Source: Meyerozyma guilliermondii
Taxonomy: Eukaryota
DNA: 64,000 nt
Assembly (NCBI GenBank): GCA_051546255.1
Contig: CP128818.1
Span: forward strand, 248,001 to 312,000
Reading direction: 5' to 3'
The position numbers were made by a program, and so were the translations under genes. A model generated the notes under the pieces. It was given only the letters and a program-made list of their open reading frames with translations. It did not search any database and had not been told where the DNA came from. Below, one piece after another: positions 51,577 to 62,352 of this stretch. How positions within the stretch are numbered: position 1 is the stretch's first letter; the number at the start of each line of letters is the position of its first letter.

Positions 51577-52671
51577 ATGGATCCCATCTGGACGATTTTC
51601 AGGTTCAAAAAGGTCCACTACTACCTTGTGCCTTTAGTGGCATTGGTAGTATGGTGGGGAATGCTTACTGCCATGCTTATTTGTTGGGGTGTTCAAGGAA
51701 GACCAGTTTACAGTTTTATGGACGAAAAGCAAAATCCAGTTTATATTTCTGATGTGGGGGCTACTAATTTACAACCGTTGTTCATTTCATGTGCTGGATT
51801 CCAGGCGATTTTCTTTGTGGGATCATTAATTATGGATTTTGTTTTGAGAAAAAAACATAAATTGCAGCCGTTTGTTCTGAAAAGACAACCCAAGCTTGCT
51901 ATTGCTAGTATTGTTTGTGCGATTATTGGCCAGTTGGGGATTCTTTTCGTGGCAATCTTCAACACCAATGCTTTTCATCGCGTCCATATCTCCATGGTGG
52001 GAGTATTTATTGCGTTTTGTTTTTTTGCTTGTCTTTTCAATTTTTTCAATTCGTTTATTTTTGGCAATTATCCCCACCGGCTCAGTCCCAATCACGAAAA
52101 AGTCATTTTCAGCAATCACAGATGGGGAAACTTGTACATGGTTTCGTTTTGGTTTAAATGTTTCTGGCTCGTATGTGCTGCCGTTTTCGCATGCTTTTTC
52201 GGCGCTTATATGAAGAAAGATAAGAACAGTAAATCGGCCGTTTTCGAGTGGTTGATTTCTTACTGGTACGGATTGCTCTTGGTGATGTGGTCTATGGATC
52301 TCTTCCCGTCTGCTGTAAAGCATTATAGAGTAAGACATCCGGAAAAATTTGAGGACGTCCATGTGAAAAATGAACTTGATGATGCTCACACAATTCTGAC
52401 TTTGGGTGCCCCAACTTATAGCCCTCCACCCCAGCCTACAGACACTACGCTTCCATCAACACGACCAGTTTCTGGACAAGATTACAGAGGTGTACAAGAT
52501 AATCAGTACGCAGCCGGATATCCTTCACCTCAAATCCAGCGGTATTCCAACCCTCAAACTGCACCTTATAATGGTCCAGTACAGCCCAGCAACCACAATA
52601 GTGCTACAGAACCCAATTCTACATCTGCACATCCGCGTCATGAATTTGTGATGCAGAAAGAGGAGGTTTGA
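51577..52671 (+). CDS. SFK1: Sfk1 / Frag1-DRAM family multi-TM protein
   Basis: WWGMLTAML, YISDVGATNLQPLFI, ILFVAIFNT..FHRVH, SAVFEW. Confidence 0.85.
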   Translation: MDPIWTIFRFKKVHYYLVPLVALVVWWGMLTAMLICWGVQGRPVYSFMDEKQNPVYISDVGATNLQPLFISCAGFQAIFFVGSLIMDFVLRKKHKLQPFVLKRQPKLAIASIVCAIIGQLGILFVAIFNTNAFHRVHISMVGVFIAFCFFACLFNFFNSFIFGNYPHRLSPNHEKVIFSNHRWGNLYMVSFWFKCFWLVCAAVFACFFGAYMKKDKNSKSAVFEWLISYWYGLLLVMWSMDLFPSAVKHYRVRHPEKFEDVHVKNELDDAHTILTLGAPTYSPPPQPTDTTLPSTRPVSGQDYRGVQDNQYAAGYPSPQIQRYSNPQTAPYNGPVQPSNHNSATEPNSTSAHPRHEFVMQKEEV

Positions 52672-53114
52672 GAAATGCGACACCGACTTAAGACTTGAAT
52701 CTAAAAATGCGAAGTTGCGAAAAATTGCAATGTTGCAAAATTACATAGCGAAAGGTTACCAATTGCAAAATAGTCGAACAGATTAGATCATGGAGGCAGT
52801 GTGCTAGTGTGGTGTTTGAAGGAGTGGAATTAGAAGGGAAGTAAATATATGTATAATGATATGAAGAAAAAGGTAGAGAGTGGTTAATTAGTAGTTTAAA
52901 GAGACATGGTAAAGTTTTGGTTTAGAAGTTACCTGTCTAATTGCAACTGTAACCATGATTTAAATGATACGTAACTCACATATCGTTTACTTTAATTTTG
53001 TGGAGCGCGTTAGAAATAGTGCTTATGCGCTGCGCCCGTTAAACCGGCCGAGCCGGCTTTGGTGTGAGCCGCAGCCATGTCGCGCACGACATTTTACCCT
53101 AGTATCGATTTTGC

Positions 53115-55499
53115 ATGTTCATATCCACCATGGATAAAAGAGACAACAAACCCCTTCTTTATTCGGGCATGTCGTTTCACAACAGTAGCACCGAGTCCAA
53201 TATGAGAAAACGGGCGCTAGATCTGGATCTACCCGGTTCGAATCTACTTCCGGGCATGCATCCCACCCTCGGATCCGGCCCGACTCCCCTGATATTCCCG
53301 GTCCATGTCCCCCCACCAATGGCTCATCAATCTGCAGACTTAAGGCTGCAAACACCTGTTGACGCTAGAGAACTGCAACGTGTAAGAGTACGTGCATCCA
53401 AGGCATGCGACCGATGCCGAAGTCAAAAGGTTAAATGTTCTGGAGAACAGCCTTGTCTTAATTGTTCAAAACATAATAAAGAATGCGTGTTTCTGAAACT
53501 TACAGATAATGGAACCAAACTGCTTGGAAGAAATTTGGATATTAATGTTCCGGTATTATTTGGATCGTCTGCCTCAGCTCCTGCCCCGGATCTGTCATAC
53601 GTAATGCACCTCGAAAACCGGGTGCGTTATCTCGAACTGCTTCTCACGCCGCACTCACTGTCAATTGCACCCTTGCATATTAATACTGGGGAACAAGAAA
53701 ATCCCAGACCACCAATACTTAGTGCTGTAACGTCCAAATGGCGGTTCCTGCGTCGACACCAAAATCGATTGCTTCATGATCTTTGTTCCACACTTTATAC
53801 GACACTTCTGGACGAAAATAAGGTGCTTGTATCAGTTCCGAGGTCGCAGTATTTTGGGTGGAATTTATCCGGCGTCAAATATATTCCGTCAGAACCGCTT
53901 CCGACCGCCCCGCAGTTAGACGTCGATGAGGCCGATTTGGTGGACTATTTTTTCCGAGAAATCAACAGTGTTTTTGGGGCTATTCATGAGCCAGTTTTTC
54001 GTGAGCAGCTCATGGCATACAATGAGTTGGTCAAGGAAGAAGCCGATAAGCAAAATCAGTCGCTGGAATCATTGGCAAGATTTAATAGTGCACGGTTATT
54101 TCTGGCCCAGCTCTATCTCATGTATGCACTTTCCACTCGATTTAAGGAATTTCTGAAGCCACAAGGTCCCTCAATGGCAGCACTAGAAGCCGAGGTGGCA
54201 GCGTTTCGATACGGATATTCAGTGGTCAATCTTTTGTCTTTTGAATGGGAATCTTTCGAACTTGTCCAAGCCTGGATTCTCATCACGCTTTACCTCAGAA
54301 TTTCCCACCGACAAACCTCAGCAAACACAGCACTTAACCGGGCCACCACCATGGTCCGGCTGATGGGGTTGGGACAAAACCACATGGTTATGGCCAATTC
54401 TACGCCGTATGAGCAGCTTAAAGCGAAGCGAATATTTTGGGCCGTTTTCACCATGGAACGAGTTTTTGGGTTACAAACTGGTCGGTACGGAGCTCTCACG
54501 ATGGAGCACGTCAAGAGACCGTTCCCCATTTTGGATTATGAGTCGGAAAATGATACCTGGCTTCCAAAACCGGCATTTGCACTTTTGCATATTGCCAGAA
54601 TAGCCACCTATGTGCATACTTCCGAGCACGACGACTTTGACTTGATCAAGTACCAGCAAGTGGAAAAGGAGCTTGAGGATTTGAACCGGTGGTTTGTGGA
54701 AAATGAATTTTCCGACACCGATTTATTCAGCAAAAACCGACGGCTGCAAATTTCCGGTCTCGCATTGGCTCAGATAAAATTACACTACTACGACTTGATA
54801 ATGTGTGTTCACGGCAAGATACTCTTTGACTTTCTCGGCAAAAGAATTGTCAACGAGGGACTCAAAATCGACCGGGTTTTCACTTCTTGTATGGGTATTC
54901 TTGGAGTATTGGAAAAAGTCCACCGGGCCAAACTTCTTTATGTTCCATGGTACAGCACTCTAGTGTTGCTATTTAATGTCGGAGTCAACTCTTTAACACT
55001 TATTCATGCCGGACAGCGAGTCCAACAAGCCAAACATATGTTTCGAACTGCCATCAAGCTCATCACCGTTCTTCAAAAAGCTGCGGTTCACAATGACCAG
55101 GGGAAAATCCAGGCAAAACACAGGTTCACCATGGTGCGCGAGTGCTTATGGGCTCTTAAAATGACCAGCAGAACTCTTTCATTGCGTCTTCAACAAGATT
55201 TCTCCGACTTGAATAATATCGGAGTTGACCATGGTTCTTCCGAAGTCAACAAACAGCACTTTTCTCAAATGGGAATTGCCGAAGAAGACTATGGCGAGGG
55301 CCTGTCGTCGCAGCAAACCCCCAACCCGCCGCAATCCAAATATAATCCGTTCTATGCACCTTCTTCCACCATGCCGCAGCCAATTCCCGACCTCGATGTT
55401 ACCCCGGGACTGCTGTCTTCGGGGATTCTTGATGAAAATTTGCATTTGGGTAATTTACAGTGGTTTGACCAGTGGATGGACTTTAACTATGATATTTAA
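53115..55499 (+). CDS. Zn2Cys6 transcription factor with Fungal_trans domain (Stb4-like)
   Basis: ACDRCRSQKVKCSGEQPCLNCSKHNKEC; LENRVRYLE coiled coil; KRIFWAVFTMER...GR middle homology region; exact start uncertain. Confidence 0.85.
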   Translation: MFISTMDKRDNKPLLYSGMSFHNSSTESNMRKRALDLDLPGSNLLPGMHPTLGSGPTPLIFPVHVPPPMAHQSADLRLQTPVDARELQRVRVRASKACDRCRSQKVKCSGEQPCLNCSKHNKECVFLKLTDNGTKLLGRNLDINVPVLFGSSASAPAPDLSYVMHLENRVRYLELLLTPHSLSIAPLHINTGEQENPRPPILSAVTSKWRFLRRHQNRLLHDLCSTLYTTLLDENKVLVSVPRSQYFGWNLSGVKYIPSEPLPTAPQLDVDEADLVDYFFREINSVFGAIHEPVFREQLMAYNELVKEEADKQNQSLESLARFNSARLFLAQLYLMYALSTRFKEFLKPQGPSMAALEAEVAAFRYGYSVVNLLSFEWESFELVQAWILITLYLRISHRQTSANTALNRATTMVRLMGLGQNHMVMANSTPYEQLKAKRIFWAVFTMERVFGLQTGRYGALTMEHVKRPFPILDYESENDTWLPKPAFALLHIARIATYVHTSEHDDFDLIKYQQVEKELEDLNRWFVENEFSDTDLFSKNRRLQISGLALAQIKLHYYDLIMCVHGKILFDFLGKRIVNEGLKIDRVFTSCMGILGVLEKVHRAKLLYVPWYSTLVLLFNVGVNSLTLIHAGQRVQQAKHMFRTAIKLITVLQKAAVHNDQGKIQAKHRFTMVRECLWALKMTSRTLSLRLQQDFSDLNNIGVDHGSSEVNKQHFSQMGIAEEDYGEGLSSQQTPNPPQSKYNPFYAPSSTMPQPIPDLDVTPGLLSSGILDENLHLGNLQWFDQWMDFNYDI

Positions 55500-55967
55500 A
55501 TTTGAAGTAAATTTGACAAAGTCAAATTTGCGATAATTTTTCCGGATCACCATCGACCACAAACCATTGACCACTAAATATTGACGAGACGACGAGACAA
55601 CGAGACAACGAGATCAAGATCGGACAATATAACATGACTCTATAAGCAAATATTTATTCTATGTATTATAGTATTGATACTTGTGGTTTTGGTGGTTCCC
55701 TATTATTGCCCCGCACCCCATGGGGCAGAAATGTCTCCGGCACACAGCCCAACGTCTGGCCAATGAGCGGGGGAAATCATGCAACTGTGTGGGGGCTGTA
55801 TGCCGTCCGGAAAAACTTTTTCCGCGGTTCTTTGTGTCATTTTATGCTAGCCACACGATGCAGTGAGATTGAATTCAGCATATCTTTTTGTTTTTAAACC
55901 ACATTTTAATCAATCAATTTTTATAATATTACCAAATTTTTCCGCGTGTGACCCAGAAACCCCCACC

Positions 55968-57215
55968 ATGCTGTCGGACAAACCTAAAGAGGATCGGCCT
56001 TATAAGTGCCCCATGTGCGATAAGGCGTTTCACAGGTTGGAGCATCAAACCCGGCATATCCGAACTCATACCGGTGAAAAGCCCCACCCATGTACGTTTC
56101 CGGGGTGTACCAAGCGATTTTCGAGGTCGGATGAACTCACCCGTCATTTAAGGATACATAACAATCCGAGCGCTCGCAAGCGCAAGAATCGTCAAAACGA
56201 AAAGTTGGTATCGGATTATTATGACCGGCCCGGAATTCATCAGCAACCTCAACAGGTTTATCAAGTTCCTGCTATTCCGGTCACCGTCGACCAAAATGGG
56301 AATCGGTATTATCATCAACCGGTTTACGTTCTTTCTCATCAAATGCAAGGATCGGCACCCCCACCTCCACCTCCGGGATCCATCCCAATGCATAATCAAA
56401 TTCCGCGCCCACTAGGTCCGGGTCCCATCCCCATGGAAACGCCAACCCCGCAAAATGGCGCCCATTATTCTCTTCCATCATCCCCCACGCAACTTTCCAA
56501 ATCCGACTCCGCCCTGCTGCTCAAACTCGCTGCCAGCAGCGCCGGAACTTCTCCCGCCCATTCCCTCAGTACTTCACCCACCGCATTCGTGGGGTATAGT
56601 GGGGGACTACCCGGTTCCACCCCCCAACAAGGAGGAGGACCACCACCTCATGGCCTCGGTTTACATCCTCTGACCACCGCAATTCATCAGAGCAATTTGT
56701 CACTTTCAAACTTACATGATTATTTCCATCAAAAGTCAAGGGTTGCATCTTCTTCAGCAACAAATTTAACCTCCCTCGGATCTCTAAGTTCCCTACAAAG
56801 AATGACACCTATAAAGCCAAATATACCTTCACGGACCCAGACACCCTCGCATCAATTTACTGTTCCTAAACAAACTTCATCATCTTCGCTTAACCTCGAA
56901 TTTGGACAACCACCATCCAAACGGTCACGGCCCGGATCTCCGGTTTTGCATAATTTTGATCAAGCTCCTGGAAAAGCTGGATTTATTATTTCCCCCACCG
57001 ATACCCCACTTCAAACCCCACTGCAATCACCTCATTTGCAACCTCAACGACCACCATCAACAGTTTCAACCCCAACAGGATCATCCCCCAATTTGGTGGG
57101 GGCGGCTGCTGCCGTGGCGGAGGCATCCCAAAATTCTCAATCCGATTCCAGCATTGCCGTTAGCGGAACAAAACTTCCCCCAATTCGCAGCGTTTTTACC
57201 TCATTGGGGGAATAG
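55968..57215 (+). CDS. MIG1: Glucose-repression C2H2 repressor Mig1/CreA
   Basis: [44 protein letters not shown]-terminal LPPIRS effector motif. Confidence 0.9.
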   Translation: MLSDKPKEDRPYKCPMCDKAFHRLEHQTRHIRTHTGEKPHPCTFPGCTKRFSRSDELTRHLRIHNNPSARKRKNRQNEKLVSDYYDRPGIHQQPQQVYQVPAIPVTVDQNGNRYYHQPVYVLSHQMQGSAPPPPPPGSIPMHNQIPRPLGPGPIPMETPTPQNGAHYSLPSSPTQLSKSDSALLLKLAASSAGTSPAHSLSTSPTAFVGYSGGLPGSTPQQGGGPPPHGLGLHPLTTAIHQSNLSLSNLHDYFHQKSRVASSSATNLTSLGSLSSLQRMTPIKPNIPSRTQTPSHQFTVPKQTSSSSLNLEFGQPPSKRSRPGSPVLHNFDQAPGKAGFIISPTDTPLQTPLQSPHLQPQRPPSTVSTPTGSSPNLVGAAAAVAEASQNSQSDSSIAVSGTKLPPIRSVFTSLGE

Positions 57216-58562
57216 ATTATAGACAGATACGAGAAATAGAATAAAATATAAGTAAAAGAAAAATAGGAATTAAAGATGAGACAATGTAGTACACAGATTA
57301 TTCATGAACAAATGTTCAAGGAGCTAATTATGATGATTTGCAGTTTATAAATTGAGTCTCAATTTTATTTCAAGTTAGGATTTTCAACGGTAACAAACAT
57401 GAAAACGTGGAACTGTACACAGCTAATGATCTTTGAATCTTAAACTTGATATTTTTCTCATCTTCTGGCCGCTTATTTGAAGAATTGACTTCATGAACTC
57501 ATATTGATGTATTATAACGAGCCATCTTCTATTGAACTTAAGAAGCAGAATAGTTGTCGATTATGGTAGAGTAGCGGTCAATTCAAAGTTGTATTTGACA
57601 TCCGCAATACCGCCTCTTTCTTGGCAGCTAAGAGACGCTATTAGTGTTCGAGTTATATCACTATCGACTGAGTTCCATCAATTGAACAACAATCGGATAC
57701 TCAAACGATTTTTGATCTTAATGAACAAATAGTTAAGTAGCACGTGTTCACTCAAAATCGAAAACGAGTCTAATGCCTCAATGCTGACAACAATTGTAAA
57801 CAAATCTGATACTGTTTGTCAATTGAAGTTTCTGTGCTATTCTGAAGATCCTGAACTTTGAAGCCAGCATTGAAATCAGGATCATCTTGACACAGTCATT
57901 TTCTAAAGATAGCCCTTATTCTGACGAGCCAAAAGTGTGCTAATGAGCTACGTATGAATTGTTACCATTCTAAAAATTTGGAGTGTTAGACTCCAAGTAT
58001 AATGTAGGACTCCAAATACTAGAACGTGATAAAAACCAGAAATTATACTCCAGTACCAGAGTATGATTCTAAATCATAAATCCATTTCACATATAGAAGG
58101 ACGTTCGCTAATCTACCTACTTCATCATACAATTTAAAAATAGCCTTCTAGACGAAATCTTAGACGAAACTATCGTTCGCACTTACGAAACTTGGTTGCA
58201 ACCGAACTCCCTGCAGGACAAGAGCATCCTGCACATAACTAACTCCTACTCCGCCGCATAGCCCCTATTGCCCGGTCTAGACCAGCCACTAGCCACCGCA
58301 CGACTCATGACAGCAGAAAAAATTTGCGGCGGTTTTGTGTCACTTGGCCTGCGTACAAATAATCATATATGACTGAGAAACTTATGCATCTTTTCCTTTC
58401 CTTGTGAATTATCGGTTTCTGTCTCTAATAGACGTTTTCGGTGATCACAGGAATATAGTTCAGACCTCTAAGGTCATCATCCCATAATCCATTTCCTGGA
58501 TTTTCTTGGTGAAGTATTTGGTTACTTTGCCTACAAACGAGCTTTTCACTAAGACTTGTTTG

Positions 58563-59492
58563 ATGTTTCAATCGTATTATTCTCAGCAAGCGCCGGCTCC
58601 AGCTTCGGCTCCGGCGTATGGCTATTATCATCCACACCAACAACCACCACAACAACCACAACAACCACTTTATGATTACTACGACGAATACAGTGGTCAT
58701 CCAATTATTCACAATTATCACCACTATATGGCCGCTCCCTTGCCACTAATGGCTCCTCCGGCTCCTCCGGTGCATGTTCCCCCTGCACCTTTGCCGGATC
58801 ATCCTCCAGTGTCTGGCGGAATCAGCCAAGTGTTGGATTACGACATCTCCACCATGGCCAACTTTATCTCGTGGTGCGGGTATGGCATGCTCAAACAACT
58901 GAGACCCGCTCTGGCCGAATTCAAGAGCCTTTTGGTGTCGGTTCTCTACGCCACCAGACTCTCACGGTCAACCATTATTGTGGCGTTGGAGTATATCAAC
59001 CAGCGGTTCTGTTCGCACGAAATTTCTGAAATGCTGGAATCTGACATCTTTTCCAAAATCGTCACCTCGATGGTTCTCGCCAACAAATTCAACGACGACA
59101 ACACTTTCACCAATCGCAGCTGGTGTGGTGCCACCGGTTTGCTGATCGAGTCTCTCAACTTGGAAGAGAGATCATGGCTTAAGGAGATGAAATGGCAGCT
59201 CAGCGTGGTACTTTTCGAACACAATATCCGTACTTTGGAAGAGTGCTGGTCCACGTGGCTCGAAAAGTATAACGACAGTGTCACTCCTCCTCCATCTTCG
59301 CCATTGTCACCATATCATCATCGTGGATATTCATCCTCGTCTTATCAACCATATAGTCCCGGTGCGTACCCCACATCCACCGAGGACGACTGGAGCTGTC
59401 GTGGCTCCAATGTGTGGTCATACCCAATGTATGGCTATAATCCCAACGTGGTGGGATACACCAATCCTTACTACGGAAGCACCGCGTATTAG
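58563..59492 (+). CDS. CLG1: Pcl-family cyclin Clg1
   Basis: GGISQVLDYD, SVLYATRL, LANKFNDDNTFTNRSW, ERSWLKEMKWQL. Confidence 0.85.
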   Translation: MFQSYYSQQAPAPASAPAYGYYHPHQQPPQQPQQPLYDYYDEYSGHPIIHNYHHYMAAPLPLMAPPAPPVHVPPAPLPDHPPVSGGISQVLDYDISTMANFISWCGYGMLKQLRPALAEFKSLLVSVLYATRLSRSTIIVALEYINQRFCSHEISEMLESDIFSKIVTSMVLANKFNDDNTFTNRSWCGATGLLIESLNLEERSWLKEMKWQLSVVLFEHNIRTLEECWSTWLEKYNDSVTPPPSSPLSPYHHRGYSSSSYQPYSPGAYPTSTEDDWSCRGSNVWSYPMYGYNPNVVGYTNPYYGSTAY

Positions 59493-59944
59493 CGCAGCTT
59501 ATAGAATGACAAGTCAGAAGTGCAGCTTATAGACTCAAGTCAGAAAGAAAAAGGGCCTTAGGTCAGAGTTAAATATAGTTTATGATTCGTTCTAATAGAG
59601 TTTCAGATCTCTCTTAACGTTAGTATTAGACTCTTTATTTTTCTGAGTGTCTTAGTTTGGATAAGTAGAGCTTGAAGCTCAGTTCTCTTTGAGGTTTCTT
59701 ATGAAAATTTAACATAAGTTTGTGGTATTGCAAGCTATAAGTAGTTACAATGCTCTAAAGAAAATCTTTTCAATGGTAATTCTGGTAAGAGTTTCTCACT
59801 ACTACATTTATCAGACTTCTTTCATTAAAACACTTCCTTTAAGTCTTATGGTCTCTACTCAATTTAGCTGCTTTACCATAGGACTTCACCAATTTTTTTC
59901 CTTTCTACTCAATTCTCTTCACTTTCCTCTCTTCTTCTTCCTTC

Positions 59945-60409
59945 CTACTTTTCTCCATACTCTCCGTCCTCGCCCTCGTCGTCCTCTATTTTACCCTCCT
60001 CCTTTAACTTTTCCGCAGCCTTGGTAAAGTCAATCACCTTTCCTCTGGTTCTGCGTCCACTGGGAATGATATTTGCAGGGTCAATTTCCGCCAAATCGTC
60101 ATCGTCTTCATCGTCCAAATCAGCCAATTCGTCGTTTATTTCGTCACCGTCATCGTCTTCGTCTTCCTCGTCTTCTCCCTCATCCTCAGACTTTTCCTTG
60201 GGCACCTCATCTTCGTACTGTCTTCTTCTTCTTTTCTTGTGCTTCTTTTCGGGCTTTTCTGCGGTTTCTCCGTCGTTCTTAACGGCCGCTTCGGGCTTCT
60301 TTTCAGCTCCATCTTCCACAGAATCATCAACCTTGTCAATGGTTCTCTTCTTGTCGTCCTTGTTGTCCTCAATGGACTCGGAAACTGGGGGTTTTTCTTC
60401 TTCAGCCAT
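59945..60409 (-). CDS. CHZ1: Histone H2A.Z chaperone Chz1
   Basis: CHZ motif DDLAEIDPANIIPSGRRTRGKVIDF in an acidic protein; start MAEEEK. Confidence 0.9.
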   Translation of the reverse strand: MAEEEKPPVSESIEDNKDDKKRTIDKVDDSVEDGAEKKPEAAVKNDGETAEKPEKKHKKRRRRQYEDEVPKEKSEDEGEDEEDEDDDGDEINDELADLDDEDDDDLAEIDPANIIPSGRRTRGKVIDFTKAAEKLKEEGKIEDDEGEDGEYGEK

Positions 60410-60519
60410 AGCAACTGGGTGATAATGAAAGTCAATTGCACTAATCGCGGCTATGAAAAAGATCCAAACACCCGCACCAGTCCCAAAACCTGCGCTCATC
60501 ACTAACCAGTTTGGTGCCA

Positions 60520-60888
60520 ATGAATGTGTCCAAGAAGACAAAAATGTCGGACTTGCTCCACTACCGATTGAGAGTGAGCAGTATAGATGGCCGTAGCTTT
60601 ACTGGAGAACTTTTGGCCTTCGATGGACACCTAAACTTGGTTTTGGCCAACGCTGAAGAAGGCAGATTTACCAAGAAAGCAGTTCAAGAACTCAAGAAAA
60701 ACAGTGCAGAGCGACCCACAGAGCAGAAACGGTCGTTGGGACTTGTTATTTTGCGCGGGGAGCAAATAGTGGGTCTTAGCATCGAGTCTCCACCACCCAC
60801 CTCAGTGACGGAACGTCTTGAAAAAGGCACGGGAACCACCAAGGCTGTTCGGCCGGTGAAGGTTCCACGAGGGTTCCGGCGGCAGTGA
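60520..60888 (+). CDS. SMB1: snRNP core protein SmB
   Basis: KMSDLLHYRLRV...DGRSFTGELLAFDGHLNLVL, RSLGLVILRGEQIV Sm motifs. Confidence 0.88.
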   Translation: MNVSKKTKMSDLLHYRLRVSSIDGRSFTGELLAFDGHLNLVLANAEEGRFTKKAVQELKKNSAERPTEQKRSLGLVILRGEQIVGLSIESPPPTSVTERLEKGTGTTKAVRPVKVPRGFRRQ

Positions 60889-61056
60889 AGCAGCAAAGCA
60901 AAATGACGAAAAGCAGAAATCAAAGCAATGAAAGCAGAAATCAAAGTGAAGAATAGCAGAAAGCAGAGAGATGTGTAGCATTAGCAATAGCAAGCAATAG
61001 ATGACCATTGATATGTTAGGCGCAGCAGTATTTAGCATGAATGATCAAACAATTGA

Positions 61057-61120
61057 AGTTGTTTCGCAACAGTTGGAGTTGTTTCGCAACAGTTGGAGTG
61101 TTTCAGCAACAGTTGGAGTT
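61057..61120. repeat. Three ~20-nt tandem copies (AGTTGTTTCGCAACAGTTGG) overlapping the YPT31 stop codon
   Basis: Units at 61057-61076 and 61077-61096, variant at 61097-61116. Confidence 0.85.
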
Positions 61121-61759
61121 ATTCTTTCCTTTCTTTTCTTGCGGAGCAGGGGTCAAGGAAATGGTAGGTCCCGAAGGTTTCTGTGCTCCTTGGTCGTTCG
61201 TGTCAAGCTGGTGTTTGCTGATCATCTCGTATATGTTTTTCAACAATTGGTGGAAACTCAAATCCACATTATCGGACGACAACGCCGACGCTTCGGTGAA
61301 CAACAAACTATTCTCGTTAGCAAACAGCTTGGCCTCCTCTGTGGGTACAGCACGCAAATGGTCCAAATCGCTCTTGTTTCCCACCAACTCAATGACAATA
61401 TTGGTATCGGCATGTTCTTTCAACTCCTTCAACCACCGAGAAACCGATTCATAAGACTCCGTTTTCAGAATGTCATACACAATAAGCGCCCCCACCGCTC
61501 CACGATAGTATGCGCTGGTGATGGCCCGGTACCGCTCCTGACCAGCAGTATCCCAAATTTGAGCTTTAACTCGACGACCATCAATTTCTAAAGTTCTGGT
61601 AGCAAATTCCACACCAATGGTGGATCTTGATTCGAGGTTAAATTCATCTCTAGTAAAACGAGAAAGAAGATTGGACTTGCCTACACCCAGATCTCCAATA
61701 AGGACGATTTTGTAGAGGTACTCATAGTCGTATGAGTAGTCGTCAGTGTTGTCACCCAT
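61103..61759 (-). CDS. YPT31: Rab11-type GTPase Ypt31/32
   Basis: GD[S][38 protein letters not shown], terminal CC. Confidence 0.95.
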   Translation of the reverse strand: MGDNTDDYSYDYEYLYKIVLIGDLGVGKSNLLSRFTRDEFNLESRSTIGVEFATRTLEIDGRRVKAQIWDTAGQERYRAITSAYYRGAVGALIVYDILKTESYESVSRWLKELKEHADTNIVIELVGNKSDLDHLRAVPTEEAKLFANENSLLFTEASALSSDNVDLSFHQLLKNIYEMISKHQLDTNDQGAQKPSGPTISLTPAPQEKKGKNNSNCC

Positions 61760-62352
61760 GATGTTGTAACTGTGTTAAAAGCGACGAAGTCGCGAAAGGC
61801 GGGTGTGCAGGAAAATGAAAGCGAAAAGCGAGAGTTGATAAACGAATAAATCTTGATGTAATCGCATGAAATCTAATGTCATTCAAAGGCTTAATATTTA
61901 TGGAATTTTGACTTTTGGTGTAGGTTGATATCATAATTACTTTCAAAGACTCTCCTAATTTTATAGGTTGAAATTTAAATAAAGTCATTCTAAAGAACTA
62001 AATCTAAAAATGATAACTATCTACTAAGTATCATAAGCTGAGGGCATCACCTATTTCATAGTTTAAGTTACTGAGGTATATGAACCACTTTATGAAGAGT
62101 AGTTCTCATAATGTAGGGCATAAGATATTACCATAAACGTATCAAATATACTATGTCTTCTCAGATACCATTTCTCACTTTAGACTTACAGAATATGAAG
62201 TCTCGTAAGGAATACAGGCTCAGGTTACAAAAGTAAACTACAAATAAAATAGAAATTGTCTTCTGATCGATATGAAGGCTATAGATTAATCTATAAACTG
62301 ATATAGCTATTATAGCTATCTTTCGCTGCGTATCGCTATTCTTTATTTTTTC

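Noticed and set aside
57216..58400. AT-rich 1.2-kb intergenic region as a centromere, origin or LTR
   Set aside because: No diagnostic repeats or termini seen; explained by the MIG1 3' region plus the CLG1 promoter
60500..60509. CACTAAC-CAG branch/acceptor-like sequence before SMB1
   Set aside because: No canonical donor in the 110-bp gap, and ATG 60520 already yields a complete SmB
61057..61120. CRISPR-like reading of the 20-nt repeats
   Set aside because: Eukaryotic DNA, no spacers, and the repeats derive from the adjacent coding end
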